Notes under the pieces: generated by a model
Told to the model about the DNA's origin: nothing
What the model saw: only the letters and a program-made list of their open reading frames with translations
Database searches by the model: none
Source of the DNA: Octopus sinensis
Taxonomy: Eukaryota
Assembly: GCF_006345805.1 (NCBI RefSeq)
Contig: NC_043015.1
Span: 24,118,001 to 24,182,000, forward strand
Direction: 5' to 3'
Length of the DNA: 64,000 nt
Shown: positions 26,201 through 38,793 of the stretch, one piece after another
Layout of the letters: each line of letters opens with the position of its first letter
Numbering within the stretch: the stretch's first letter is position 1
Made by a program: the position numbers and the translations under genes

Positions 26201-27110
26201 TATTGAGGAGAGTAGTGAGTTTCTCACTGCAAAGCGAACGCCATGTTGACGAGGTTCTTCTGGATCTCTTCCCTGCCAAAAGAAGGTGAAATCCTGCTCT
26301 TTGAGTTTGCCGTTTGAGGGAAGTCTTGTCTCCTGCAGCCCAGCAATATCTATGTTGAGCCTCTTTAGTTCACGGTCAATGATGGCCGTTTTCCTTGTGT
26401 CTTCAATCCTGAGAAGATCATCAGATATTCCAGGACACATGGTCCTGACATTCCAGCTTGCCAACCACAGAACTGGTGTTTTCTTGACTTTTAGTTGCTT
26501 GCCTGGTGCAGAGGTTGCAGGGCGGTTTTCGAGTCATACTCTTAGCTCCAAGCACCCAATGGAGCAGGCGGCTTGTGGCGGGTCAGCACCTTATTAACTG
26601 GGGGCTGCCCAGCTTGAGGTGGGCAGTAGCTAACCAATAGGACACGGAGGTCCCTCCCACCGTCAGAGGTAACCCGTAGCGCCCATATTTTACGCCAATC
26701 TGAATGGACTTATCACTCGTGATTGTTACCTCCCGTGTTGTTTCTGCAGCTTTTTACAGCAGCACTGAAGTGTCCTCTCCAGTTTTGCGCAGGCCTGGGC
26801 TATAGATAAGAAAGTCCTGGGTAGCCCAATCGTCAGGTTTCCTCTCTCGACCTTGCTGATGTAGTCCAGTGGAGTGCAGTGCATTACGTTTGGCACCAGC
26901 TTGGTTGCAGGAGCTGCCGAAAGAGTGTCGAGTCGAACACTAGACCGCCTTCGGGGCTCCACTCCGGATTTCTTTGATGGTTGTCTCCTTTCCGTAACCC
27001 TGGAAAGGGGCCCATACCGGGTACTGACAGCCGGAGCCAGCTGAGCCCGGAACTCGTGTCAGGCAGGGTCGTCACTCCCTGAAGTAGTGAAGAAGTTCGC
27101 TACCCACTAC
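23287..27110 (-). mobile_element. near full-length RTE-clade LINE (~3.8 kb)
   Basis: GC-rich 5' UTR, single APE+RT ORF, C-terminal C2H2-like CGTCQRECLSRIGLHSHSRKC, and a short (CCAATA)n 3' tail. Confidence 0.96.
23372..26464 (-). pseudogene. RTE endonuclease-reverse transcriptase ORF, inactivated
   Basis: APE motifs WNVRTM, GLQETR, LGDFNARVG, DTDHSL; RT motifs DLTKAFD, QGC, FADD. In-frame stop at 25133-25135, frameshift near 24356, and an in-frame deletion between WQNR and MRWLGH. Confidence 0.95.
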
Positions 27111-28667
27111 CTTTTCAAGTAATGTTAAATTATTATTTGATTTTTGTTTTTTCATTCTTTTGCCTACGTTTATTTTATATGTTTATTTTCAACCACTAAT
27201 ATTCAGCAGCAGCAGCAGCAATATCACTATCAGCAGTAGCAGAGGCAGTGGTAATAGCAGTAGTTATGGCAACAGCAGCAGCAGCATTTTGCTTCGCTTC
27301 GTTTCATAGGGACAAGGGAGGGGATTTAAGAGAGGGTGGGAAGGGGAGAGAATAGAGAGATATCCGGTATTGGTATTGGTGGTGGGGGTGGGTTTCGGCG
27401 GGCGCACAGCGAACAGGTCGGTCGGAATTAACAATTTTCTGTACTGAAAACATTTAAGATATTAGGAGTGGAGTAGAGAGAGAGAGAAGAAAGAGAAAAA
27501 TGTCCTTAGCTTTGCGTCTCAGTCATCGTGTGGCAGAATAAAAAATAAAAATGGCCAGCGAACATGGTATAAGATGGTATAAGACTACAAAAGAATATAT
27601 TAGACTTTAAAAAAACTCCAGAAGACGTGTTGAAAGTATCGTCCTTCATTTGCAGTAAGTTGACTCTTCAACACACGTTTCGAAATACACCTTGGAGGAA
27701 GAAAATTCACTGCTGAGAGCCTTTTTGAATACCCTGTATATATGATTTTTATATTTAACATTTTGTATGTTTTCGCTGTTTTAAAGTACTTTATAGAATA
27801 AACATTAATTTTGACATCAAATAGGGAACATATGTTCAATAATCTATCATCGCGTGACAAAGAGAAAAGCAGGTATATCTTTCTCACTGAGATTTTAGTC
27901 TCACTGTTTGATTATTAAGTTACCAGTGAAAACGTCTTTTGAAGCGTAAAATTGTTATTTTAAAATTAGATTGTTATTGTCACACCTGCTGTCAGCTAAT
28001 AGATATTTGATAAATTTGAAGTACAACATTACACATAGATATCTTTTTTTTCTTTTTGGAGGGGTGGTGTATTTGTCTATGTCCCTTTACGTTGTAACTT
28101 CAGTTATCTCCGAGGTCAACTTTGGTGCCGACAGCCGTGAAATATAGGAGAGAAGATAATGAGCTCGTCCTTAATCCGTCCATACTAAAACCTTGAACAT
28201 ATATTAAAAATATATTACCAAATATGAAGGTACTGGTTTACCAGAAACTTTGAAACCCTCAGAAATTGTACTTCCTGATATTAAATGCTATGAAAAACAA
28301 TTCCTTCGAGAATAAACGTACCAGTGCCTTTAACAAATCACGTGGGTTGTGACCGTCATATAATAATATATTTCTGTCAGCCGTAAGGAATGTATTCTGT
28401 TTGTGCCTTAATAGTGCTTTACAGTTTAGAAGTAAAATAGATTTGAACAAGAGTTCAAAGTTTTCTGAAGGGCACACTTGATGATGCTCGGTTAAATCAT
28501 GTACGCCAGTGAGTCAGATTAATGGCTTAAATCCTACTCCCTATCAATTTATAAGACTCGAACAACTCAGTTACGAGAACCACTTGTATATGGCCATATG
28601 GCCGAGTGCACCTGATTGTCTCCGTAAGTACATACATACCTCTGTGTACGTCTGATATGTATGTATA

Positions 28668-28710
<43 letters not shown>

Positions 28711-28711
<1 letters not shown>

Positions 28712-28900
28712 CTCTTTTTTGCTTCAGTGATTTGGCTACAGCCATGCTGGAGCACCGCCTTTTAGTCGAACAACTCGAGCTCAGGACTCATTCTTTGTAA
28801 GCCTAGTACTTATTCTAACGGTTCCTCTTGTCGAACCTCTAAGTTACAGGGACGTAAGCACACCAGTATCATTTGTGAAGCGATGATGGAGGACAAACAC
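28711..28900 (-). mobile_element. family B SINE 3' half
   Basis: Reverse complement of the tail module GGCGGTGCTCCAGCATGGC... Confidence 0.75.
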
Positions 28901-28936
28901 AAACATATATATACAAACACTCACACACACTCACAC

Positions 28937-29092
28937 AGTGGCTGTGTGACAAGTAGCTTGCTTACCAACCACATGGTACCGTGTTCAGTCCCACTGTGTG
29001 TTACACCTTGGGCAAGTGTATTCTACTATATCATCGGGCTGATTAAAGCCTTGTGAGTGGATTCGGCAGACGGAAACTCAAAGAAGCCTGTC

Positions 29093-29093
<1 letters not shown>
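28937..29093 (+). mobile_element. family B SINE 5' (tRNA-like) half
   Basis: AGTGGCTGTGTG...GTTCAGTCCCACTG...GAAGCCTGTCG. Confidence 0.8.
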
Positions 29094-29127
<34 letters not shown>

Positions 29128-30073
29128 CATACCTGAAGTTTAAAAAGTAACACACGGGTTGATATGTATAAGGAAAATAAAACAAAGTAGAAAATGGTAA
29201 AATATGTTTATGAGTGCAGAGAAATATTTGGTTCCGAAGTATGATTGTTTAAGCAGCAGCAATTGACGAAGAAGAAGACGGCGGTGATATGACCCTGTTG
29301 TAGTGGCTGTCCGTGGCATCTACTTCAATGTTCAAGTGGCCCTAAAAGTGTCTTGTATAAATTCATGAGTAGCGACTGTTCCTAATATTTCTAGAGTTTT
29401 TAATATTTGCGTGGCTATTATTATGAGATCCTTGTAGTAGTGTTGTGGAAGCATTCAAAAAAGGTTTATACTTTGTGATGAAATACGGTTCTTTGCAAAT
29501 GCGCTGATTATAGGTTGCATTGTGCCTAAATTTATTGAATGGAAAAATTCTAATGTTCGGTTGTTCATTAATGGTGAAAATATTGATGTATTCACTCAAT
29601 GCTGTTTTTCTGAATTCCCGTATTTTTAACTGGAATCGATGTATAGTCACCCTCTGTTTTTAGTTTGAACAATATATTGCTCTCGACACTTCTTCAAATA
29701 TCAAACTTCAGAACCAAATATTTCTCTGCGCTCATAAACAGTATTTTTTCAGGTCTGCTACTGCGTTTCGGGCTTTCACAAAGGAAAAGAGAGAGAGAGA
29801 TAGACAAAAAAGGGGAAAATGTCCTAACTATTTGAAGACTATGGAAATATTTACAAAACATTTCGTTTAATTTTTTTTTCAACTTAATTGTTTTTCTTCT
29901 TAATTAATATCCATCTTAGTTTTACTCTTAGTTGTAAAGACCGAAAAGACTGAACACCCGTAGTAACCGCCATACAATGTATTCGTGATAAAATTATTTT
30001 ACCTTGTCTTATTTTCCTTATACACACACACAAACAGACACACACACACAGACACGCAGACACACACATACAT

Positions 30074-30110
<37 letters not shown>

Positions 30111-31050
30111 CATACCTGAAGTTTAAAAAGTAACACACGGGTTGATATGTATAAGGAAAATAAAACAAAGTAGAAAATGGTAAAATATGTTATGAGTGCA
30201 GAGAAATATTTGGTTCCGAAGTATGATTGTTTAAGCAGCAGCAATTGACGAAGAAGAAGACGGCGGTGATATGACCCTGTTGTAGTGGCTGTCCGTGGCA
30301 TCTACTTCAATGTTCAAGTGGCCCTAAAAGTGTCTTGTATAAATTCATGAGTAGCGACTGTTCCTAATATTTCTAGAGTTTTTAATATTTGCGTGGCTAT
30401 TATTATGAGATCCTTGTAGTAGTGTTGTGGAAGCATTCAAAAAAGGTTTATACTTTGTGATGAAATACGGTTCTTTGCAAATGCGCTGATTATAGGTTGC
30501 ATTGTGCCTAAATTTATTGAATGGAAAAATTCTAATGTTCGGTTGTTCATTAATGGTGAAAATATTGATGTATTCACTCAATGCTGTTTTTCTGAATTCC
30601 CGTATTTTTAACTGGAATCGATGTATAGTCACCCTCTGTTTTTAGTTTGAACAATATATTGCTCTCGACACTTCTTCAAATATCAAACTTCAGAACCAAA
30701 TATTTCTCTGCGCTCATAAACAGTATTTTTTCAGGTCTGCTACTGCGTTTCGGGCTTTCACAAAGGAAAAGAGAGAGAGAGATAGACAAAAAAGGGGAAA
30801 ATGTCCTAACTATTTGAAGACTATGGAAATATTTACAAAACATTTCGTTTAATTTTTTTTCAACTTAATTGTTTTTCTTCTAATTAATATCCATCTTAGT
30901 TTTATTACTTAGTTGTAAAGACCGAAAAGACTGAACACCCGTAGTAACCGCCATACAATGTATTCGTGATAAAATTATTTTACCTTGTCTTATTTTCTTA
31001 TACACACACACAAACAGACACACACACACAGACACGCAGACACACACAAC
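29128..31050 (-). mobile_element. head-to-tail tandem duplication (~983-bp period) of a Penelope-like element 3' end with GIY-YIG endonuclease fragment
   Basis: Units start at 29128 and 30111. Identical ORFs 29363-29650 and 30345-30632 (TIHR...SEYI...QRICKEPYFITKYKPFLNA), preceded by CREQYIVQT (YIG-like). Internal inverted repeats and a decayed hammerhead-like GAAACGCAGTA motif. Confidence 0.8.
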
Positions 31051-31707
31051 ATACACACCACACACACACACAATATATATATATATACCAGATTAAGTCC
31101 ATAAATGGGAAACAAGGTGGGAAAAATAGTACTCGAATATTGGGGGTAGAGTAATATGGTTTATTATTAAAGCTGCGAAAATTTCACTAAATATCACGAA
31201 ACCTACTATTCAGAGTTTCAAGTTCCCCCTCATCGAGCAGTTGTGATCCAGAATTTTATAGAACACGACATATGTCACTTTTATTTCATTTATTCTATTT
31301 TCTATTTGTATATTTACAATCCCAGTTTGCATACTTCTGTAAGACCATTAGTGCAAATGAATACACTCTAATGTTTATCAGTCAATGTGAATTATATCAA
31401 AATATAAATTATACGTACAGCTGGCTGATGAACGGGAACGTGAAACTTTGAGTAGTAGGTTTCCGTGATTTTTTTTTTGATGTTTTCGCAGCTTTAACAA
31501 CAGAGTATGTATGTATGTGCGTGCGTGTATCCCGCATGCACGCGGATGGATGAATATAGATGCACTTATGAAAGCACGTATTTATCTAAATGTAGCACTT
31601 TAAAATAGAGCAGTATGTATGTGTGTGTATATATAAGTGTATATGAATGTACACACAAATAAACATATAATGATAATAAAAGTATCAAAAATAATAATAA
31701 TTATAAC

Positions 31708-31743
<36 letters not shown>

Positions 31744-32019
31744 CACTGACTATGCAATCGATATTGAGGAGAAAAGTTATCGCATGTGTTATTTAATATG
31801 GTTGTACATAGCATAAAACATGTCATACACCACTGGGAAGTATTATATTCTGTAACTTCTGGAAACTTCTAAACATGAAAGGAAATACAAAAATATTCGG
31901 GTTAATTCCATGTATTTTACCCATTTTATTTATTATTCATATTTGGTTCCTTGGTTTCTTACGCATTTTATCGTGTCTGCATACGTACATACCACACACA
32001 CACACACACACACACACAC

Positions 32020-32066
<47 letters not shown>

Positions 32067-32106
32067 CTTAAATATAAATAAATATATATAACTATATATA
32101 ATATAT

Positions 32107-32151
<45 letters not shown>

Positions 32152-32354
32152 TAAAAAGAATTCCACCTTGTCTGATTTTCACGTTATTTATCCAATCTTA
32201 TAATGATATATTATAAGATAATATATATAATTGAATAAAATAAAATGAATAGTAGAATGTTAAATATTCATTCTGATTGAACTAGTACTTCATGCATTGA
32301 ATTCTGCAATCTTCGGGTTCATGTAGTAGTGTTGACAGTCATGCTTCACAATTT

Positions 32355-32495
32355 TTGACTGTCAAGATGATTGATTCTGGCTATAAATACAGCTGGGTAG
32401 GCTCCAGAGTGCTAGGTTTTGCAAACTGTATTGACCAATCATGTGTAGTATCACTCAATTACTTAAGCTGATTGGTTGGTTGAGCTGATTGGTTT
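32355..32495 (-). promoter_or_regulatory. candidate Pol II core promoter
   Basis: Three CCAAT boxes (32435, 32471, 32488), TATTTATAG at 32389-32381, and Inr-like CAGT with the A at 32360, 29 nt downstream of the TATA. Confidence 0.35.
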
Positions 32496-33172
32496 AGGCA
32501 TCACGCTTTGTTGGACATGTCAAGAGTCCTGTATCTGACCTGGCCGAAAGCAGCATTGTTGGGTATTTTTAGAAATGCTGTAAATATCCTTTGTCCGAGA
32601 TTTTTATATTTTTATATTTCAATTGTCATCATCATCATTGTCCGCACCTTAATTATTGTGCTAGTGGTGATGGTGGTGGCAATAGAACTTTTAACCCTAA
32701 ATAAGATAATTTTCCTGCTATCTTCGTCTTGATCACCTTTAGTATTGTTGTTGTTGTTAGTGGTCATGGTCGTAGCAGTGGAAGTAATACCTCTAAGTAT
32801 TATTATTATTATATTGCTTATTTAGCTTGGGTTCGAATTATCAATAAATTCTTTTCTCTGATTTTCCTCTCGATTCACTTGGGCTGTGTAATTTGTAGAA
32901 TGGAAATATTATATATATTTTCCGACCACATGTTGCTAGGTGTTACTCAAAGGTATAATTTTATATATAGAGATATTTTATATATATATATATATATTAT
33001 AATATATATATATAAAATATCTCTATATATAAAATTATTTTCACATTCTAATGTATATGCCTCAGACTAAATATTCTTAACTGGTGACATACAGCAACAA
33101 TGAACCGTTTACAACATATATTAACGAAAGTGAATATGAGCGTTACATATTATGCATGTACGTGTGGGTGTG

Positions 33173-33229
<57 letters not shown>

Positions 33230-33334
33230 GCGTCCATATGAATATACGGATATATACGAATACATGCGTATATATGTACATATATATAGGTTACATACAT
33301 GCATATATATACATGTATATATACTTATATAGAG

Positions 33335-33381
<47 letters not shown>

Positions 33382-33432
33382 TATATATATTAATATATAT
33401 ATATGTATGTATTAAATATAATTTATTATATT

Positions 33433-33525
<93 letters not shown>

Positions 33526-33909
33526 CTATGCTTCTATGCCCCGGCGTTGAGGAGGTGTGAATTCATGTATTACGTCGTCTGCTCAGAACATTAATTTCAA
33601 CCTGCAGGTCACTACAGCTTGAATTAAGAAATGCCTGAAGAACGACTAACCTTCATTAGCTTACAACTGTTTCGCGCAAAAAGGAACTCTGTACTCATCG
33701 AGCGTTGGGTGCCAGCGAGGCATCTTATTAATTAATCTGAGCCATTAGATCACAAGCGAGCACACACGCACACACACATTTACTTACATATACACAGACA
33801 TACATAGTCAAACACACATGCCTAATACCTTTGTACGCGTGCTTCTTTGTGTATTTGTGAGTGCACACACACAGATCTGTATCTATATATCTATATCTAT
33901 CTATCTATC

Positions 33910-33940
<31 letters not shown>

Positions 33941-33949
33941 ATATATACA

Positions 33950-33985
<36 letters not shown>

Positions 33986-34045
33986 TATGTACATATATAT
34001 ATACATATATACATATATATATACATATATACACATATATATATA

Positions 34046-34076
<31 letters not shown>

Positions 34077-35049
34077 CATATATACACACATATATATATA
34101 TGCATGTATGTATTCGAATACACTGTTACACAAAGCAGGAATGTGTGAACGAAACATATTTAGAGAGAAAGAGAGGAGTGCTAACACCAACATTCAGAGT
34201 CACATACAAAGAAATAAACTATAAAAAATGGTTAATAACTTTCATAAATACAAATTTCTACATCGAATCTGTTCCAGTATACCTGGAAACTAGGAGAAAC
34301 ACTTTTTTCATCTCGAATATTGTATTTAATATTCTACCGAAATTATTGATAAAATCGACTAAGTTCGGTGAATGTGGGATTTCTTTCATTGGAAAATCAT
34401 AAAAACGTTCTTGTTTTTTTTTTAAAGACATATACAAACACACACACACGCAGTATGTACATATGTAAATATACTCAAATTCACACAGATACGCATTCAT
34501 ATATGCATGCGTAAATAAATACTTGATAATACACATATGTACAGATATACACAAATATATATTTAAGTATAAACACACACGCACACATATGGACAGGCAT
34601 ATATGGAATGAGAGGAATGAAGATTGAAATTCTATTCGGAAAATAAGGAATCTCTATTACTAGTATAAAGTATTTTTTCCGTTCTTAGTTAGAGTGACAC
34701 ATACATAAACACTTCTGTTTATGAGTGTGCGCGCGCGTGCATATATGTGTGTATGTGTGTGTATACGTACGTATTTACGTACATACATATATACATACGT
34801 GCCAGCAGTCTACTCGTTAGACATGTATGCTCGCCACTAATAAATATTTTGTTGTGGTGGTTTGGTTAAGTGGCCATGGAACCTACTTTCATTTTTGTTG
34901 CACATACGTTATTCATATTCCTGTCTTGCAATAACTAGGTGATCGTTAGGTGCAGCACTTTGGTTGTGTACTTTCATATCTCTTATTAGTCTAGATTGGC
35001 TACGAAATTCTCTGCCACATTGATCACATGAGATTAACTTCTAGGGGCT

Positions 35050-36900
35050 GCTTGTCAGCGTATTTGCGTAGGTGATTTGTGGAGCCAATTCTGGAGATGC
35101 GAACTTGTTCGTCTTTATAACGCACAAATCACGGGACTGTTGGACCAACAGATTTTCTCTTGCTTTGAATTAAGCCGCTGAAAAACTCCTTGATGCAATT
35201 TGTTGATATTGTGTGCCAATTCTTTCTTACACTGAGGACTCCCAGCCACTTGTCTCAATATTGCATTGAGTTACAAAGTTTTTCACGCATTCTTTAACTG
35301 CAATTTTGGCGTTTGCAGTGGTCTCGTACAAAATATCAATTCACCATAGAGGATTTATTTTGTGATTCTACTGTCTATTCAACCGAGTCTGTAATTTTGG
35401 ATTTGATCCTCGATGCTAAGTATGTCAGCATATTGGGAAACTTCAGAAGCAGGAATGTGTATTGCAGTGAACTCTAAGAATATTACAATATATTGTTGTT
35501 GAGAAAACAATCATGTTTCACAAGAGTAAATCAGTGACGTGAAAATGCTTGCATAGTATCCTAAGAATTTAGTGCTTTTAGATTCCTTCATATTCCTAAA
35601 TGGGTGCTTTGAATGGGGCACCGGAATGGTCTTGCCATTCTAATGCGTGAATCCAGTGAAAGAGTTCATTCATATTGATAAATGTTCTGAACATTTATCA
35701 ATAACATTTGAGCCTTTTATCGTCGACATAGATTGATAGTTCAGCATAGGGTTATCCATGAGTCGTTTGAAATATGATCACCACTTTTTCGGGACTCGTG
35801 GTGAACTCGAACGCTTTATCATATGAGAGCCCTTTCATAAAAGTTTCCATATATGCGGGTGGGTGGGTGTACTACATGATTACGATCATCAACACACAAA
35901 AGTCACGAATATGATATTGAACGATCTTCCTCGCAGTAACGTTTCATATATTGAATAATTTTGCAGAGGTTCGGTATCTAATGCAGATGCATTCGCTAAA
36001 GACCTTGAATATATCAATTACAACTACTGAAGTAGAAGAGGGTGAAGAGAGAGCGCAATGAGAGCAATTCCTGACGTTATTAGCAATTACCCAGGCTTCC
36101 GTATCATCATGAAAAGATTTTATGGGTGTTTGGCTGTAATGACTCCTGGCAACCCGTTTTATTAGCAAACGTAGCCAGTTTCTCTAGTAAAGCGTTGTCA
36201 TTCAGCATTCAGCACCGCGCATCGATCTGACATTGCAGACATCCTGCATATTTTGTTTGCAGACAATCACATAGTGAATTAAATGCCACTGGCCGGATAC
36301 ACCCAAGTTTTTCAGATGACTGCTGTTGTGTCTAAATTGCGTGATTATCTTTACGTGGCCTTCAGATAGGTGAAAAAGTTTTCAGGTGGCGCATCATTCG
36401 CAGTGTTGTTCACTGATGCTATCTGTTTATTTACACTACACCCATGAAGCAGAAGAAAAAGAATTCCATGAATCAGTGTAATAGTTCAATGATAAATAGC
36501 ATATACTTGGGTTTCATTGTCGCATAAATCGTTCCGAGGTACCAACGTGGAACCATCACTGTAATCAACTGAAGTTGATAATATGCAGAGGTTATTAATG
36601 AATAATTTTGTTTATAGTTTAACTTACTTTGCATCATGTCATTCTGGTACTCTGCAAGGCAAGTCTTCCTGTTTTTAACGCATATCGTACATCTTATCCA
36701 GACGCATGGCTGCAAAGACGTTGTTTTTGGACTTATTGACATGAGATAGTCATAAGCTTTATCGAGTTTCGATAATGTATCCGGTGCAGTCACTGCTCAT
36801 ATCTATCAACAGCATCCATTGGTTCACATACTCGGCCCTATTTTCCGATGTATGTGTGACAGCAACTGTGGAGATATGTGCCCATCACCGTTTAATTTAC
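35050..36900 (-). mobile_element. heavily decayed RTE LINE with internal deletions
   Basis: Fragments WHLIHYVIVCKQNMQDVCNVRSMRGAEC (APE) and KILYGEL (RT C-terminal region). Confidence 0.65.
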
Positions 36901-38278
36901 TACTTTATGGTCAGACATATTCTTGGGGTGTCGTGCACTGAGGTGTTAACGGTTACACGTCTGTCAATATTATTATAACGCGTGTGTGAACATTGCTGCT
37001 TATGTGCATTCTGTGACGTCTCCCATGTTGTACATACACTGTTATATACCTCTTCTGAAGGCTCATAGTCAACCAGATAGCAATTATATAGGCGTAATTA
37101 GTTAAATCATGGCACGTGCTATCTTATATTTATTAGTGTTTTTTATGAACTCCGTTACTGTTTGATCGCCGTCTCCCATAGTATAATCTTCAGTATGAAG
37201 CGATGTTGCTGCTTCTTTATAATAGAGTCGAAAATGTCATTGGTAAACACATTACAACTAGAATTTGAATTCTCACTCTCAGATTTATACGTCGTTTTTC
37301 AGGTTTTGATTTTGGTTTATAATTGGTGTATGTTGTCCGTGTTTATTTTATCGTCGTGTTGTGTAAGCAGTTTCGCTTCCATTATTAATAGAACCTGTAT
37401 TTGAGACCAATTCTATACAGTAAACTTACTGCGGCCACTGATGGTTTCCTACATACTTTTGTTTCGTGTGCGTGTGAATGTAGTGCACTGCAGTTACTTA
37501 CTCCTTGATGTATATGCATGGTGATTTGTTAAGTGTGTCGTACATTTTATAGTCAATATAACAGTTGGAATCTCAAATTTTACAACTTTAACGCTTTCAA
37601 TCGAACTCATAAATCACACAGGCCATTAGTAGCTAGTTCCTGGGTTTATATGTTTGTAGATTTTATTAAGAATATATTTTTCCTGTTTATATAATATGAT
37701 ATTAGCGTTAGTTTATAGTTTGTCGTAATACATTTTGTCATCTGCTTCACGAGATTTTGATAACATGTTCATCGACAATATATTTAATTGGTATTTAATT
37801 CATTTGATGTGTGATGTCGGTGTATTTTTAATCAGACTACTCTCTGATGTATTCGTTTTATTCTGTTTATGATTCCCTGCTTCTGTCTTGATGTATTAAT
37901 TTGTTAGAATAACCGTTGTTGATTAGTGCTGTGTATGAATTTGGTCCACACTATTCATGGAATTCTTTTTCTTCTGCTTCATGTGTGTAGTGTAAATTAG
38001 ATACATAGCATCAGTGAACAACACTGCGAATGATGCATCACCTAAAAGTTCTTTCAACAACCTAAAGGTCTCGTGGTTCTCGCAGACGTAGGGATATATT
38101 AGTTATTTTGCAAAGAATAATTAACCTCATGGGCAAATTATTTGTGATCAGCCATCACTCGGAAGTAGTGAAGTAGACAGAAAATTCGACTAACACAGTT
38201 TTATTTATAAACACACGCACACGTATGCTTAGAGAAAGAAGTGCATGTGTGAGTATATATATATTTATGTGTGTGCGC

Positions 38279-38345
<67 letters not shown>

Positions 38346-38479
38346 GTATGTATGTATGTATGTATCTATCTATCTATCTATGTATACATACATATAATTA
38401 ACCTCATGGGCAAATTATTGATCAGCCACCACTTATTTATATATATGTATGTATATATACATGTATGTATATATATATA

Positions 38480-38517
<38 letters not shown>

Positions 38518-38675
38518 TAGATATATAGGTAGGTATATAAAAGTAGGTGTATTTATGTAAGTATGTATGTGTGTATCTATATGTGTGTATGTGAGCATGT
38601 GTATGCATGTATGTGTATGCATGCCTGTGTGTGTATGCATGCGTGTGCATGTGCGTGTGTGTGTGTATATATGGG

Positions 38676-38708
<33 letters not shown>

Positions 38709-38793
38709 ATAAATGTATGTATATATGTGTATATGTATACATATATATGTATGCGTCTATGTGTATGTGTCTATGTGTATGTTATGTATATAT

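Noticed and set aside
27200-27310. (CAG)n block read as poly-Gln or as a Cys-rich peptide MKRSEAKCCCCCC
   Set aside because: Short, stop-bounded trinucleotide repeat with no exon context.
29255-29348. Terminal-exon-like GHLNIEVDATDSHYNRVISPPSSSSSIAAA* (and duplicate at ~30237-30330)
   Set aside because: Lies inside the duplicated Penelope-like unit, directly downstream of the endonuclease ORF.
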